From the human T2T-CHM13v2.0 reference genome, Homo sapiens, in NCBI RefSeq assembly GCF_009914755.1, contig NC_060935.1: DNA of 64,000 bases; one strand, given 5' to 3'. Under the pieces are notes generated by a model. That model saw nothing but the letters and a program-made list of their open reading frames with translations. It had not been told where the DNA came from and made no database searches. The translations under genes and the position numbers were made by a program. Shown one piece after another: positions 30,101-41,664 of the stretch (the stretch's first letter is position 1; each line of letters opens with the position of its first letter).

Positions 30101-33100
30101 TAAAAGTAGATAAGACAAATGGCATATTTCACAAAATGATTTTTAATCTATTTCTTATGTAAAAATTAGAAAACATATGCTTATACGTAACACAATTTGC
30201 CAGAAAAAAATGAGTCTTGCACAGGAGGGAATTAATATTTATGCTACTGTTGTGTTGTACTTAAAAAGTTTAAAGTTCTCCACTGAGAGTAAAGTAATAG
30301 ATTTTTTAAATTGCATATTAGATGGAGAGTAAACCTTGAACTTTACATATGAAATTTCTTTGATTTATCCTTGTAGTTTTATATATGAATGGTGGTGAAA
30401 AGTAATAGCATTTATCGTTTAAAATTTCAGAAACAGTCTGTTTTTATTCGTAACACTATTTGTAATGACTATGCTAGGATTTATAAAATTTATTCTCTTT
30501 GCCTTATGACATTAAAAAACTATAATTCAAAATATGTCAATTGAAGGCCTTATATTATAGACTAAGATGCTAGGTTGGGAAAAATAAACATATTTGACCT
30601 CACTGAGGAAGTATGTCAACAAAATGTAAGTAAATGATTTAAGTTATTATTAAATATATGTCTTCATGTATTTTTTAATACCATTGCATGTCTTCATACT
30701 GCTTTCTGTATCATTATTCTCACTTGCTTCCCAAGCTGTCTTTTGTCATTTTTAACTGCTCCTTTGAAGCTGTTTAGGAATATAAGTCTTTCTTGGTCAC
30801 TTCTGGAAATTTATTTTACCAAATTTAACCCAGTGGCTGTTTCCGTGTTATTTAATTTTTTCTCAAAGTGTCCTCTAACCTCAATCATTTATTGAAGGTT
30901 TGCTTCACTTTTCAGAGTGAGTACTACATATATTATTTTCATTTGGGAGAAGGACTAAGAGAGAAAAGGAGAGTTATCTACATAGGAGGGAAAAAATAAC
31001 GTGTTTTATTGATCATTTTTAAACTCAAAAAAGTATTTCTTAGAGAAATGAGAAAATTCATGTTTGAGACAATGTTGAAAGTTTAGAATGTGGGACACAC
31101 ATAGTAATGCAGAAATTTCCCGTGTTAAAGTCCTCTAACTGTGATCACTTGAAAATAAAAACTAAACTGTTTAAATCTGGCTTGACTTCTTTTTAATGGT
31201 GTTAAGTTTCAAGGATGTATTTAAACATTTTTCATCTTATTGAAGTATTTGCTTCCTTTGCATTCACATTAGAGAAGCTATAGTTGCTTCAGTTGGACTA
31301 CATTTTCCTAAGGTGAACAGTTTGGGTTGAGTCCACACTAAACTAAGAAAATACTTAGACAAAAGATTATCTTTGACAAATATATCAGTGAGTGATCAGA
31401 ATATATAAATAGAAATATTGATTTTGAAAAACAAGATAAAAATCAAATGGGAATTTTTACATATGCTAAAAAAATTAAAATAAAAACACTGTATCCGTGT
31501 CTCTTCAGAAATCTTTTGTATTACTTCTCTTTTGTCACCAAAAAAAATATTCAGTACAACTCTTAGATGTTAATGAAAGAAAAAACACATTATTTATTTC
31601 TTCTCGTATTTTTCTTTTCGCTCTTTCTGAGAGACAGAGGATCTGACATAATGCAAAATTTAAGACAAAAAAAAAATACCTGGAAGAAATGAGCATGGAG
31701 AGGGAGTAATTTTGAATGATTATGCTTTCCCAATTCCTCTGTAAGCCTCCTTTTTTTCCCCAAACTGTATTTAGCATTGTTCCTGAATCAACAAAAACAT
31801 TGCCTTACTCTTAGCTTTTTATAACACCAATAATGAACAATGTGACAAGAATATTCATATCTGGGGAGAAATAGGATGTAAGATTTTGAAAGTTCAAGGT
31901 GCTAAATTTTTTGAACTCATTACATATTTGGATAATTCTTAAATTAGCATTTATTGGCTGATGATGTTTTGATCAGGAAAAATTATCAAGAACATTTGAT
32001 TTTTTACTAAATTGTATGTGTTCAGACACTCAAAATTCTTTGTTGGGGCTCTAGGAATACTCAGATCTGATCACATTTTAAGAAATTTTATCATTCAGAT
32101 TCGTTTACTAAAACTCATCAGTAATGAGTTCTGTATGTTTTGTTGTTATTTATGTTTATCCAAGCTGTTATGTTGACCTTTTAAAAATGCTGTTTCTCCT
32201 TAAAATTAAGAATAACTATTTTTCCCTTCTTTTAGAAAGCTAAGGAGGAAATGTGGACCTGATAGCTGCAAAAGCAAATTGAACTAAAATAAAAAGTTCG
32301 GAGTTCAAGGACTCCAAACTTTTCAATCGGTTTTCTCTTCTTCTTTATTAAATGTATTGCCACTAGAAGCAAATAACTGATGCAGTTTCTGCCAGATAAT
32401 GGCAATAATAAAGGTGAAATGTGAATATTTTTTAAATTATATCTAAAATCATCCACATCATTTAGCTTGTGGATGTACAGGTAGTTTCTATTTGGGAGTG
32501 GGGCTAGGTAACTCATCATTATAAAAATGGTATCCAAGCAAGGATCACAATACCTGTACCACTGCCATTGTAAACATTGGATGGCAATATACATGAAACT
32601 GATGAACATGAGAACAAAACAAAATAAAAAGTGTAATACATTTTATTTATGCTCCATGGGAGGTGGTAACCTGTGGGGATCAGCACACTCAGCAAGCGGT
32701 CCCCGCGCATTAGAGGTGAATCAGACACTTGAACATCTGTCCACTTCATGGAAGACGTTTCATCTCAGAATACACGTACTAATAAACAACAGTTGGAGAC
32801 AATTGTCTCTGACATTCAACATAATGCTGAGCTGAGGCTGAAAGAAGGAAGGGTGGAATTGTATTTCCTTTGGTAAAGCAAAAACAGCCGTGAGTACAGC
32901 CTCTTCTAAAAATCTGATATTTAAAGAGAATTGTAAGACATCAAAATGTTCAATTTGGAATGAAGAGTGGCCGAAGTTACTGGAAAGCTCGTGCCTCCGT
33001 CTGCAAAATCACTGGCCAGGAAAGCAAAAACTTTTCCAACACCCAATTTTAATATTGTGCTAAAGCTATTGACTCTGTTAAACCTCTAGAGTTAAATATG

Positions 33101-33269
33101 ATCCCCTCCCCAGCCCCCACCTTTTCTCTCTTAGGTTAGTGTCTGGGGGACAAGGAGGGGGCTGGAGTTTGGCCCCAACCTCGGAATTGCTGCCAAGGGC
33201 TTGTAATACAATCTCTCCCCGTTTGAAGGGTAAATCAGTGTCAACTGCATTTGCGTCCACCAAAAAAAG

Positions 33270-33560
33270 TAAGCATTTTACTTCCGCTCGGTCTATGAGG
33301 ACTGATGAAATGTAGGAAATCTGTTTCTGGCAGGGAGAAAAAATCGTTTTCCCAAACAGCACTAAAAGGAGCCATCAGAGAAGTATGAAGAGGGGTAGTG
33401 CGGCTGTAGCTGCTGCCGCTGCCGCCAGGCTGGTGGGGTGCGGGGAGCGGCTGCTGCAGGACCTGTGCCTGGAGGGGGCCGGCCCCGAGAAGCTGCAGGA
33501 GCCCAGCCCGGAGCCCAAGCGCCTCTGAGAGCCGCCAGCAGCCCAGCTCGGGACGCGGGG
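33270..33560 (+). other. GAS2: Probable non-coding first exon (1a) of GAS2; 5' end approximate
   Basis: Donor GGG|GTGAGC at 33561 inside the CpG island. The acceptor at 41499 needs an upstream exon. Confidence 0.7.
33385..33528 (+). CDS. Candidate 47-aa upstream ORF / microprotein in exon 1a
   Basis: ATG at 33385 (A at -3) to TGA at 33526-33528: MKRGSAAVAAAAAARLVGCGERLLQDLCLEGAGPEKLQEPSPEPKRL. Codons 13-47 all end in G or C. Confidence 0.45.
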   Translation: MKRGSAAVAAAAAARLVGCGERLLQDLCLEGAGPEKLQEPSPEPKRL

Positions 33561-34749
33561 GTGAGCACGACTGGCTGGCCCAGTTCTGCGCCAACGCCGC
33601 CGCAGCGTGCGCGCACCGCAGCCGGGGCTCACGGGAGCCCCTGCCTGTCTACTGCACCCGGGGCGGCGGGGGAGGGGAGAGGTCATTAAAAAATAACCTC
33701 AGGAACGAGGCGGGGAAGAGTGAAGAGCCGCGGACAGTTGGACAGGCTCTTTCTCTAAGAGTGGGTATTCACTGCAGGGGGTGACTTTCTGATTCTCTGG
33801 AAACAACCATGTGTTCCTTATCCCTATTGCGGAACACCCCGGACAACCGCAGCACGTAAGCCCGCTGGGGTGGCTCTGCCAACCAGGGACAGAGTGAGGA
33901 TTTTTAATGAACACATCGATTATAAATGCACACATATGCATTCGTGCACAAGAGTATCTGTAATGCATGCTCAGCATTGTCTGTTATGGTGGGGTGGGAT
34001 AGAGCCAGAATGGTCTTAAAGGGCTGATCCTGAATGTTTTACTTGAGTCGTTGAGGCCAGGATGGGAGGAAAGAGCGCCACATGTGTGATCTGGGGTGAT
34101 ACTCACTGTGTCTGATGAGTTTGATGAAATTGAGTTTTATGTGAATAAACAAACGCTAGCCGATATATATCAACACACTTTGGGGAGATTTTGCGTGGTA
34201 TCGTTCTTTTTGTTCAGTCCAAAGTTGAGACTGGAATCTGAAATTGTTTGGGGAACAAAGGAGGCAATTTTGCTTTGGAGACATTATTTATACTGGCAAA
34301 ATTAAATTCTGTCAACTCAGTATGGTAAATTACCATTAACTTAGCCCAGGTATCCGAAGAAGTTTCCATTGTCTTGAATGAAGAGGGAGCAAAAGCGAGG
34401 GTTAACAGATTCTGTTTCTACATTCTAAAAACAATTGAGGTTGGGGGAGGGTTGTTAATTCTTTTCCCAGTTAACCTTTTTGAAATCACAGTCTTTACCC
34501 TCTCCACCTTCTTCATCTTCATCCTCTCACCTCCGTGATCTTCTTACAGTGAAGAGTTTGCAAAACTTTATTCTTATAAAATTATCTCCTCCAACCCTCT
34601 CCAACAAGGTTAGATCAGTTGTGTATGAGAGATCTTATGCCAAGGAAATAAGATCTGCTTGTGCACAGGAACACCCATTTGACATCCTAGTATTAAAATA
34701 AAGGCTTAGACAGTTTGGATGTACCAGCCTGGCAGAGGAAGTCCACTTT

Positions 34750-34996
34750 TCCTCCCCACGTATCCCCTGAGATTCACAGAGGCAAGGCAGAGAACAAGAC
34801 CTGTGCTTCTTTACTCCAAACTCTTAGCAGTGTGGACACTGATTAACTGCAGCTGGGGTCTGATTTGCCCAGCCTGTCTTTGATATTGATCAATGAACTC
34901 CTTCTCAAGGAATGCTTTCCTCTAACTGCGGTGAAGGTGGTGGCTCTGGTGGTCCTCTCCAACATGGGTGTCTGGGTTTTGACTGCCTAAGAGAAG
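34750..34996 (+). other. GAS2: Candidate alternative non-coding first exon of GAS2; 5' end approximate
   Basis: Strong donor AAG|GTAAGG at 34997 after about 250 nt of non-repetitive, moderately GC-rich sequence. Confidence 0.5.
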
Positions 34997-37654
34997 GTAA
35001 GGGACAGATGGATGAGGCATGGGACAGTGTGCCTTTGCAAAGCACATTGGAGACTTTGCACAGGGCTGCCTGAATGGTCCCTTACATGGAAAAGGTAGCT
35101 TGGATTTCAGCCTGAATGCTACTGAAGTTTGGGTTTATTTCATTACTTTATTGCTAAACACTATGCTGTGGTGTTATGGACTGTGCTTTACTGGGAAATA
35201 AGTTCACATGGCAAAAAAATATTTCACCAGGTGCAAAAGGTCATGTGATTGCCCTGGAATTTTTTAGCATCTTGGTTAGAAACTTCAGTTAAACCTCAAA
35301 CTTTCGAGTATGGTGAAATACCTGGTCTTATATTAACCCTAAGTATGTTGTGTGTTACTTAGAAATCTTACTTCAAGACTGGAAGTCTGCATTGAAGACT
35401 CAGGGAAACTTTGGAAAACTAAGTTACCTTGGTTGAAAAGGCATGATGAGGCTGTAACTGTTTACAGAGAGACTTTTGTTTAAAACTGCAGGGCATGTTG
35501 TAAGGTTGGTTTGGTATCTTTGTGGTTTTGATATTAAGGTCCAAACAGGATCCAACTGTTTCTTTAAACCTGAGCAACTAGGAAGGTTTCCACTCAATGT
35601 TTTTTGACTAGAGAAATGAACTGGAGTAACAGTAGAAAATAATCTGCTGTCAAAATTAAGTAAGAGGCTTATGTAAGTTTCTGTATTAAATGTTTTCAGC
35701 ATCAATACAATTAAAACTTTGCTAATTTTACTCCTTTATGTGAGACCATGTCACATATGTGTATATATTTCCACAGAATGTAGAACCCTGCTGGTTCTTA
35801 ACTACATTATAGTTAACTAAAACAGAAATCTTTATATTAAAACAACAGAAAAGAATTTTCTCAACTTAGATAAAATTTTGATGTAAATCCTTAAATATTC
35901 TAGTTGTTAATATTGTTAACAATAGTCATTAGACTGTCAGATGGTTTTCTATTTTAATTATGCTCCAAGCTAATCTGGTAGGGGTTAAAAAAACCTATGC
36001 TAAATTGTTTGGAAGGATGTTTTAGTATGATTTCTTTAAAACTTTAAAATATCCCTAACAACATGAAAATATAGAAAATCAATTCCCATTCAGGTTTTTT
36101 TAAATCATGATTTGAGAAGAAATTGTTATTTGTAACTACACCATCATTTCACCCAAGACAAATCAAGATGGGACTGTGGGATAAGAAAGAGATCTCTAAA
36201 AGAGAGTCAGCACTACACTAAATTAAGGATCACAAGAGCTGAGTAGGATACTTTTAATAATTATGACTAAACAGTCTTGTTACTGTGGGCAAAATATCCT
36301 CTTAGGCTACCAACCCCTTATTAATTACGAGGAGTTTGAATATATCGTTATTGTAAGGTTCCTTTCAATTTAAAGATTTTTATTATGGAATTAGATAAAC
36401 TACCATTAAGTGTCATTTTGCTTTATGTTTGGTGCTTTTCAATTTGTGGATAAGTTGCTCTACTGAACCCAAGGTGGAGGTCCCATTACGAGGTCTGAAA
36501 TTGCCTTTCTGTTGAAATTGTGGACTTTATTTTCTGATTAGACCTTTAGAGTAAGATTTTGTATCCATGACATTGGTTGAAAATGTATATTTTGTGAGAT
36601 ACTATTAATTAGCCAAAATGAATCACAAAAGAGTGAAGAACTCACAATGATGAAAGAGATATCTAGAACTTTCCTGGGTGGTTTATTCTTTGAGTTCAGC
36701 TAGGAAAATGGCATTTTCTCTTTCCAGATTTTGGAAGGGTATTCGATTTGGAGCACTGTTTATTTTTAATTTTAAAAGGTAACGTGATTGACCAATAAAC
36801 TATTTCCTCAGTGTTTGACACCTGTAACACATGAAACTGAATAGATGTGGGGAACAATGCTGCAGATGACAGCAAAGATTACCTTTAGGGAGGAGACCTT
36901 TGACTGTGGGTTGATTAGGATTCATTGTTTTCAATGTTCACAGTTGAGTCTGTGTGTGTAGATGGGGTGGTGGTAGTGATGTCCTCTCACACTTACTTTG
37001 AGAGGTATATAGCATTTCCCTATTAACTGATTAATCATCATCTTAGGGGCAGCATTCTTCTCCATATGAAGAAAACTTGGAATAATCCATTATCTACTGT
37101 ATCATTAATACATTTATTTGTTCTCCCCGTTGTCCTTTGTCTTTTCTTAATTATTTAGAGTTCTATAAAATATTCCTATTTTGTCACAGAATTGCTTTCC
37201 GTTTTGGGATAGGTTAATAGAAGTTTTATTTTGGCACATTTCTGATGGTGATCATTTCTATTTTGCTAATAAAAAATATATCGAATATTAAATATATGCC
37301 AAGCATTGGCACAAATATTTAATCCTCACAATTATCTTTAAGTTTTCAGCCTCCGTTGTATATAGTAGAAAACACAGGTACAAAGAGGAAAATTCATATG
37401 ACTAGAATAGAATAGCTACTAAATGGTTAGGTAGTGGACCTATTATTTGACCCTGGACTTCTGATTCCAGTTCCAATATTCTATCCATTATTCAGGCTTC
37501 TAAGTGAAATCTCATAGCCGACAGAAGTGTATATCATTTGATTTTTTTTGTCTTTCCAGTTGCTTTTCTATGTAATGTCGCAATGCATTTTCTCTAACAT
37601 GTCAGCAAAGCCTAGAGATAAGCCAGAAATCATCTTGGTCATAGTCAAAGAACA

Positions 37655-37667
37655 CCTCTAGGTGGCA
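37655..37667 (+). promoter_or_regulatory. CTCF core-motif match
   Basis: CCTCTAGGTGGCA resembles the CCASYAGRKGGCR consensus with one deviation. Motif evidence only. Confidence 0.35.
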
Positions 37668-40276
37668 TGGAAGAATACTTTTTCTTCAGAGTCAAAACTA
37701 TGATGTCTTCAGCTGGGATTCTGGGACAACAAACTAGACAGAGTCTTTAAACATGTGATATTTTACTTACAAAGTCATTATTTTTTTCTTTTTCTCCTGG
37801 GCTATTTCAAGTCTCATCATATTCATAATTGTTATTCCAGAGTCACTTCTACTATGGAAAGAAAGAAAAAATATATACACACACAGTCTTTGAAGGATTT
37901 AGTATTAAGTTTCTGCATGTTTTTCTCTTGAAGTTTTATTTTTCTGGATTCCTAGACCTAAGGGTTGGTTATCCATTTTAGGTAGACCGAGAAAGCTTGG
38001 AGGAGCCATAGAAGTATTTGAGTACTTACTCCCCTTTTAAAAGTGATTGGCTTTGTTTAATAGTTACTAAAGTTACTTATCAAGCTTTTAAAATACTTGG
38101 ACTATATACACTTTATTGGAAACATCATTCAGTGTTTAGGCACATTATACAAAAAAGTTTTTCTTTCTCCCTAACCTACTGCTTTCTTCAAGTCTAGTGG
38201 ATCATCAGTCACTTTATTTCCCACCTTTTTAAAAAGTTACCCCTTGGCATCTCTTGTGGTTTTGAACACTTTTGAAAGAATTCAAGAGAACTGAAATGAT
38301 CTTTTTGTGTAGCTTGTTCTTTACGATGTAATTCATCTGATCCATATTGACTAAACACTTCTTTAAAAAGTTACAAGGAGGGTAAAATTCCATAGTGATC
38401 TTTTTATGGGAATAAGATAAATTAATTTGATCTTTCTTCACCACAATATAATCATTTTAGTTGGAAACTACTTCACCATGGGGTAAATTCTCCATACTCC
38501 AAATTTTGATCATGCTAGCTGAATCCATTTTTCATGTTTCGTATTCATGGATTAGCCAAATCTAAATCCAAGACCTGCAGGTATTGACTTTCAGCCAAAC
38601 CGTTGAGTCATTTAAGTTTGGCAGTGATTTGAAATGTGAAAAAAGGATCATGAGAAATTGGATTGAGAATCTGAATTCTTTTAAGAAGGGGCTTAAACAG
38701 AAGAGTCCTTATCTATGACAGTGACTTTAGGTTTCTACATATTTGACATATGTCTAATTGTGTAACTTCTATTGCATGTTAATTACTCACTAAGCCTTCT
38801 TTCTCTCACCTCTGTCTCCTGGGGAAATGTAACTGTGTTTTTGCTTTTTTCTCACCACTAAAATTTTGACTGTATACAAAGTAACAAAATAAAAATTGCT
38901 TAATTATTCTTATTGTTTTTACTTAATGTTCATCTCTAATTATTAGAAGGTAGTTTGAGTTACTTTTCTGGCAAAACACAGGACAGAGTACATGAGAAAT
39001 AAATGTGCCACTGTCAAAGAAAATAAAAACTTCACTGTTTAGAGGTTTTGAGGGAAAGGATTGTGTCCTTCTGGCTCATTGAAATTGTTACATGCCATTA
39101 GGCTTACTGTAAACTATCCCTTGATAAATTATTTGCTGGACAATGAGCTTAAGAATCTGAGGTGTCTTCTTGCTTTTATAGAGCAAAATAGGACTCTGAT
39201 GCTTAAATGGAAGTCGCAGAGCACATAATAGGGTGTAGGTAAAGTTACTGAACAGCCACATCTCACTTTCAGGAAAGTAGTGGAAGAGATTGTGTCTTGA
39301 GAAGACAGGCATTTTAGAGGTAACCCTTTTAAGATTTCAATTAGTTATTTAAGTATATGAATCATGTGCTTATATGTATTACTTAAATGTTTCTGAGGCC
39401 AGCAGGCATATAGGAATCTTAACCAGCTACAGGGAGAAGTTTTGTTTTTCTAGGACTAGACATATTTTTTTTTTTTTAACTGGGGCAGAAAATGCTTTGG
39501 GTTTTTCATGTTTAATCACAGAATTTGGAGAAAACTTTAGGACTTTATATGGATAACATCATTATTAACTATGAAATAATAAAAAGTGGTGTTCTGATTC
39601 CCATAATGACTATCTAATAATGTATGACAAGGTGTATTGAAAGCAGTTCACATTTGCAATGGTTGACTTTAGATAGATATATATAAGATGTTTTCAGAGA
39701 AAATTTATGGTATTTTTTTCAAAAATTACTCGACAGTAATTTAATTAGAAATGAAATTGTGCTTTTAAATACTGTATTTATGATACCTTTTAGGTACTTA
39801 CTCATACTCCCAACAGTCTTTTCTATTACTACAGCAAAATATTTGAGAGATGCTCCCACTTTGCATTTTTCTAAACACCAGTGTCTTATTTGTTCTTCAA
39901 AAGCAATATTTAAAATAAATTAACTTATGTTAAGTGAATTAGAGTTTGAGGTTAACTGGAAAGGAATACTGTGTAGAGTTTCAAATAATAAAACCAAAAG
40001 GAGAATATATTACTTATTGGTAACTTTAAAATGCCATAAATACTGGAATATCACTGAAAACCTCATGATATCATATAAACATTACTTCTTGCCTATTGCA
40101 AGTATTTTCATTTTCATTGTCATACAGTCATAATGCATCTGGTTATTTCATAAGCATATTTATATACAGCGTAGAATCCTGCATGTTATTAAACATGACT
40201 ATTACATTAACTGCTTCATTAGTTCTTCCGTAGTCTTACATCCTATAAATAATGCATACAAAAGTGCTATGTTCTG

Positions 40277-40422
40277 TCCGGGCATGGTGGCTCAACGCCT
40301 GTAATCCCAGCATTTTGGGAGGCCGAGGCAGGTGGATCACTTGAGGTCAGGAGTTAAAGACCAGCCTGGCCAACATGGCGAAACCCCATCTCTACTAAAA
40401 AATACAAAACAAACAAACAAAA
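40277..40422 (+). mobile_element. Alu left monomer only
   Basis: Left arm followed by an A/CAAA tail, with similar flanks AAAAGTGCTATGTTC / AAAAATGCCATATTC. Confidence 0.85.
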
Positions 40423-41279
40423 ATGCCATATTCAAGGCCAAATATATATTCAAATACCTTTTCTACAACCCAAGTAGGGGATTGCACTGCTCACAATATG
40501 ATCAGGTTAATGAAAGCATCCTTGTTTTTATAGATGTAAGATATTTAAGTACTTCTACTCTAAAGATACTTTCAAACAAAACGCAGCATGTAAAACAAAT
40601 AAAATGGAAAGATAAAAAGCAAGAAAGAGAAAGAGATTGTTGTAGCGATAGCAGAGGACAAACAAACACCTCTGGCAGCATTTGTTAGAACTATGATGCA
40701 GTGCTTGGGTTATCATCAATATGGGTTCTTGGCTATTCCATTTTGTAAAAATGTGTCATTACAGAAAGAGTAGTGGTCTTGGGAATATGAAGACTCAGGT
40801 TCAAGCCTAGTTCTGTCATGACCTAGCTGTATGATCTTGGTGAAGTCACTTATCCTCTATTTTTTTATTTTTTTTTTATTTTTCTTTTTTTGGTTTCTTT
40901 GACTGCAAGAGAGAAGTGTGGTAGAGAGTCTTTGGGTGTACCTCTTCCCCTGCTTCTCACCCAGTTCTCTAAATTGTGAGTCCATGATTGCTTGGCCGTC
41001 TCCAAAAAAGAAGTACTTTGCTTAACCTTTTAGGCTATATTTTTAAGGGTAATGATCATGTGTTTACAGTGAGTTGTAAAAATGCTGTCATTGCTAGTGT
41101 TCAGTCATAAAATTTGGTGAAAATCTATGGTTTTAAATAGCCCAAACAGTAGGAGTTAACAAATTGGGCACTAACATTTTAACTTTTTCTCGTGTTTCAA
41201 TATGTGGAATTTCTTACTTAGAAGCTGGCTCTTTCCAAGTATATTGTTTCATACAAACTTGGAGTTTCTTGTTTGATTT

Positions 41280-41499
41280 TCTATTTGACCTTTGATTGCT
41301 GCTGTTTTCCTACTAAGTGGTTGGCCAAAAGTGAGAGGGCCAGTACAGATAAAGCAAATAGTGTTTCATGGGGTTAATAATTAATAAACTGAACTGTCAT
41401 CAGAAAACCCGCGGATCCAGTTCATTATAATGTCATGATGACAACATTTTGTGAGAGAAGTCTGTATAAAAAGCAATTGCTCTTTTGTTTCCAAAACAG
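41280..41499 (+). promoter_or_regulatory. Candidate TATA-containing, liver-type internal promoter in front of the first coding exon
   Basis: TGACCTTTG (HNF4/DR1-type) at 41286-41294, AGATAA at 41347-41352, AAGCAAATA (FOXA-type) at 41352-41360, GGTTAATAATTAAT (HNF1-type) at 41372-41385, TATAAAAA at 41465-41472. Confidence 0.5.
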
Positions 41500-41519
41500 G
41501 TATTACAAGTGGATAAATA

Positions 41520-41664
41520 ATGTGCACTGCTCTGAGCCCAAAGGTACGCAGTGGGCCTGGCCTCTCTGATATGCATCAGTATAGCCAATGGCTAGCCAGC
41601 AGACATGAAGCTAATTTGCTACCAATGAAAGAAGATCTGGCCTTGTGGTTAACCAATCTATTAG
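41520..41664 (+). CDS. GAS2: GAS2 first coding exon, residues 1-48 plus 1 nt (exon starts at 41500 with 20 nt of 5'UTR)
   Basis: Translates as [48 protein letters not shown], the GAS2 N-terminus. Acceptor tcttttgtttccaaaacAG ends at 41499 and donor TAG|GTAAGG starts at 41665. An in-frame TAA at 41514-41516 shows this ATG is the start. Confidence 0.97.

Larger units (their letters stand above)
33270..33870 (+). promoter_or_regulatory. GAS2: CpG island / main GAS2 promoter
   Basis: The only non-repeat GC- and CpG-dense segment in the window. ETS-type ACTTCCG at 33280-33286, palindrome GTGCGCGCAC at 33607-33616, GC boxes (GGGGCGG, GGGGAGGGG) at 33660-33678. It lies 8 kb upstream of the first coding exon. 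Confidence 0.85.

Noticed and set aside
33241-33689. Several overlapping 83-117 aa ORFs in the CpG island, including 33241-33594 on the - strand
   Set aside because: Stop-poor GC-rich sequence and mostly non-ATG starts (33594 is TTG). The 117-aa ORF is the in-register antisense shadow of the 47-codon + strand ORF.
41496-41505. AG|GT at the start of the first coding exon as a recursive splice site
   Set aside because: The reconstituted donor GTATTA is weak and the intron is short for recursive splicing. No further support.
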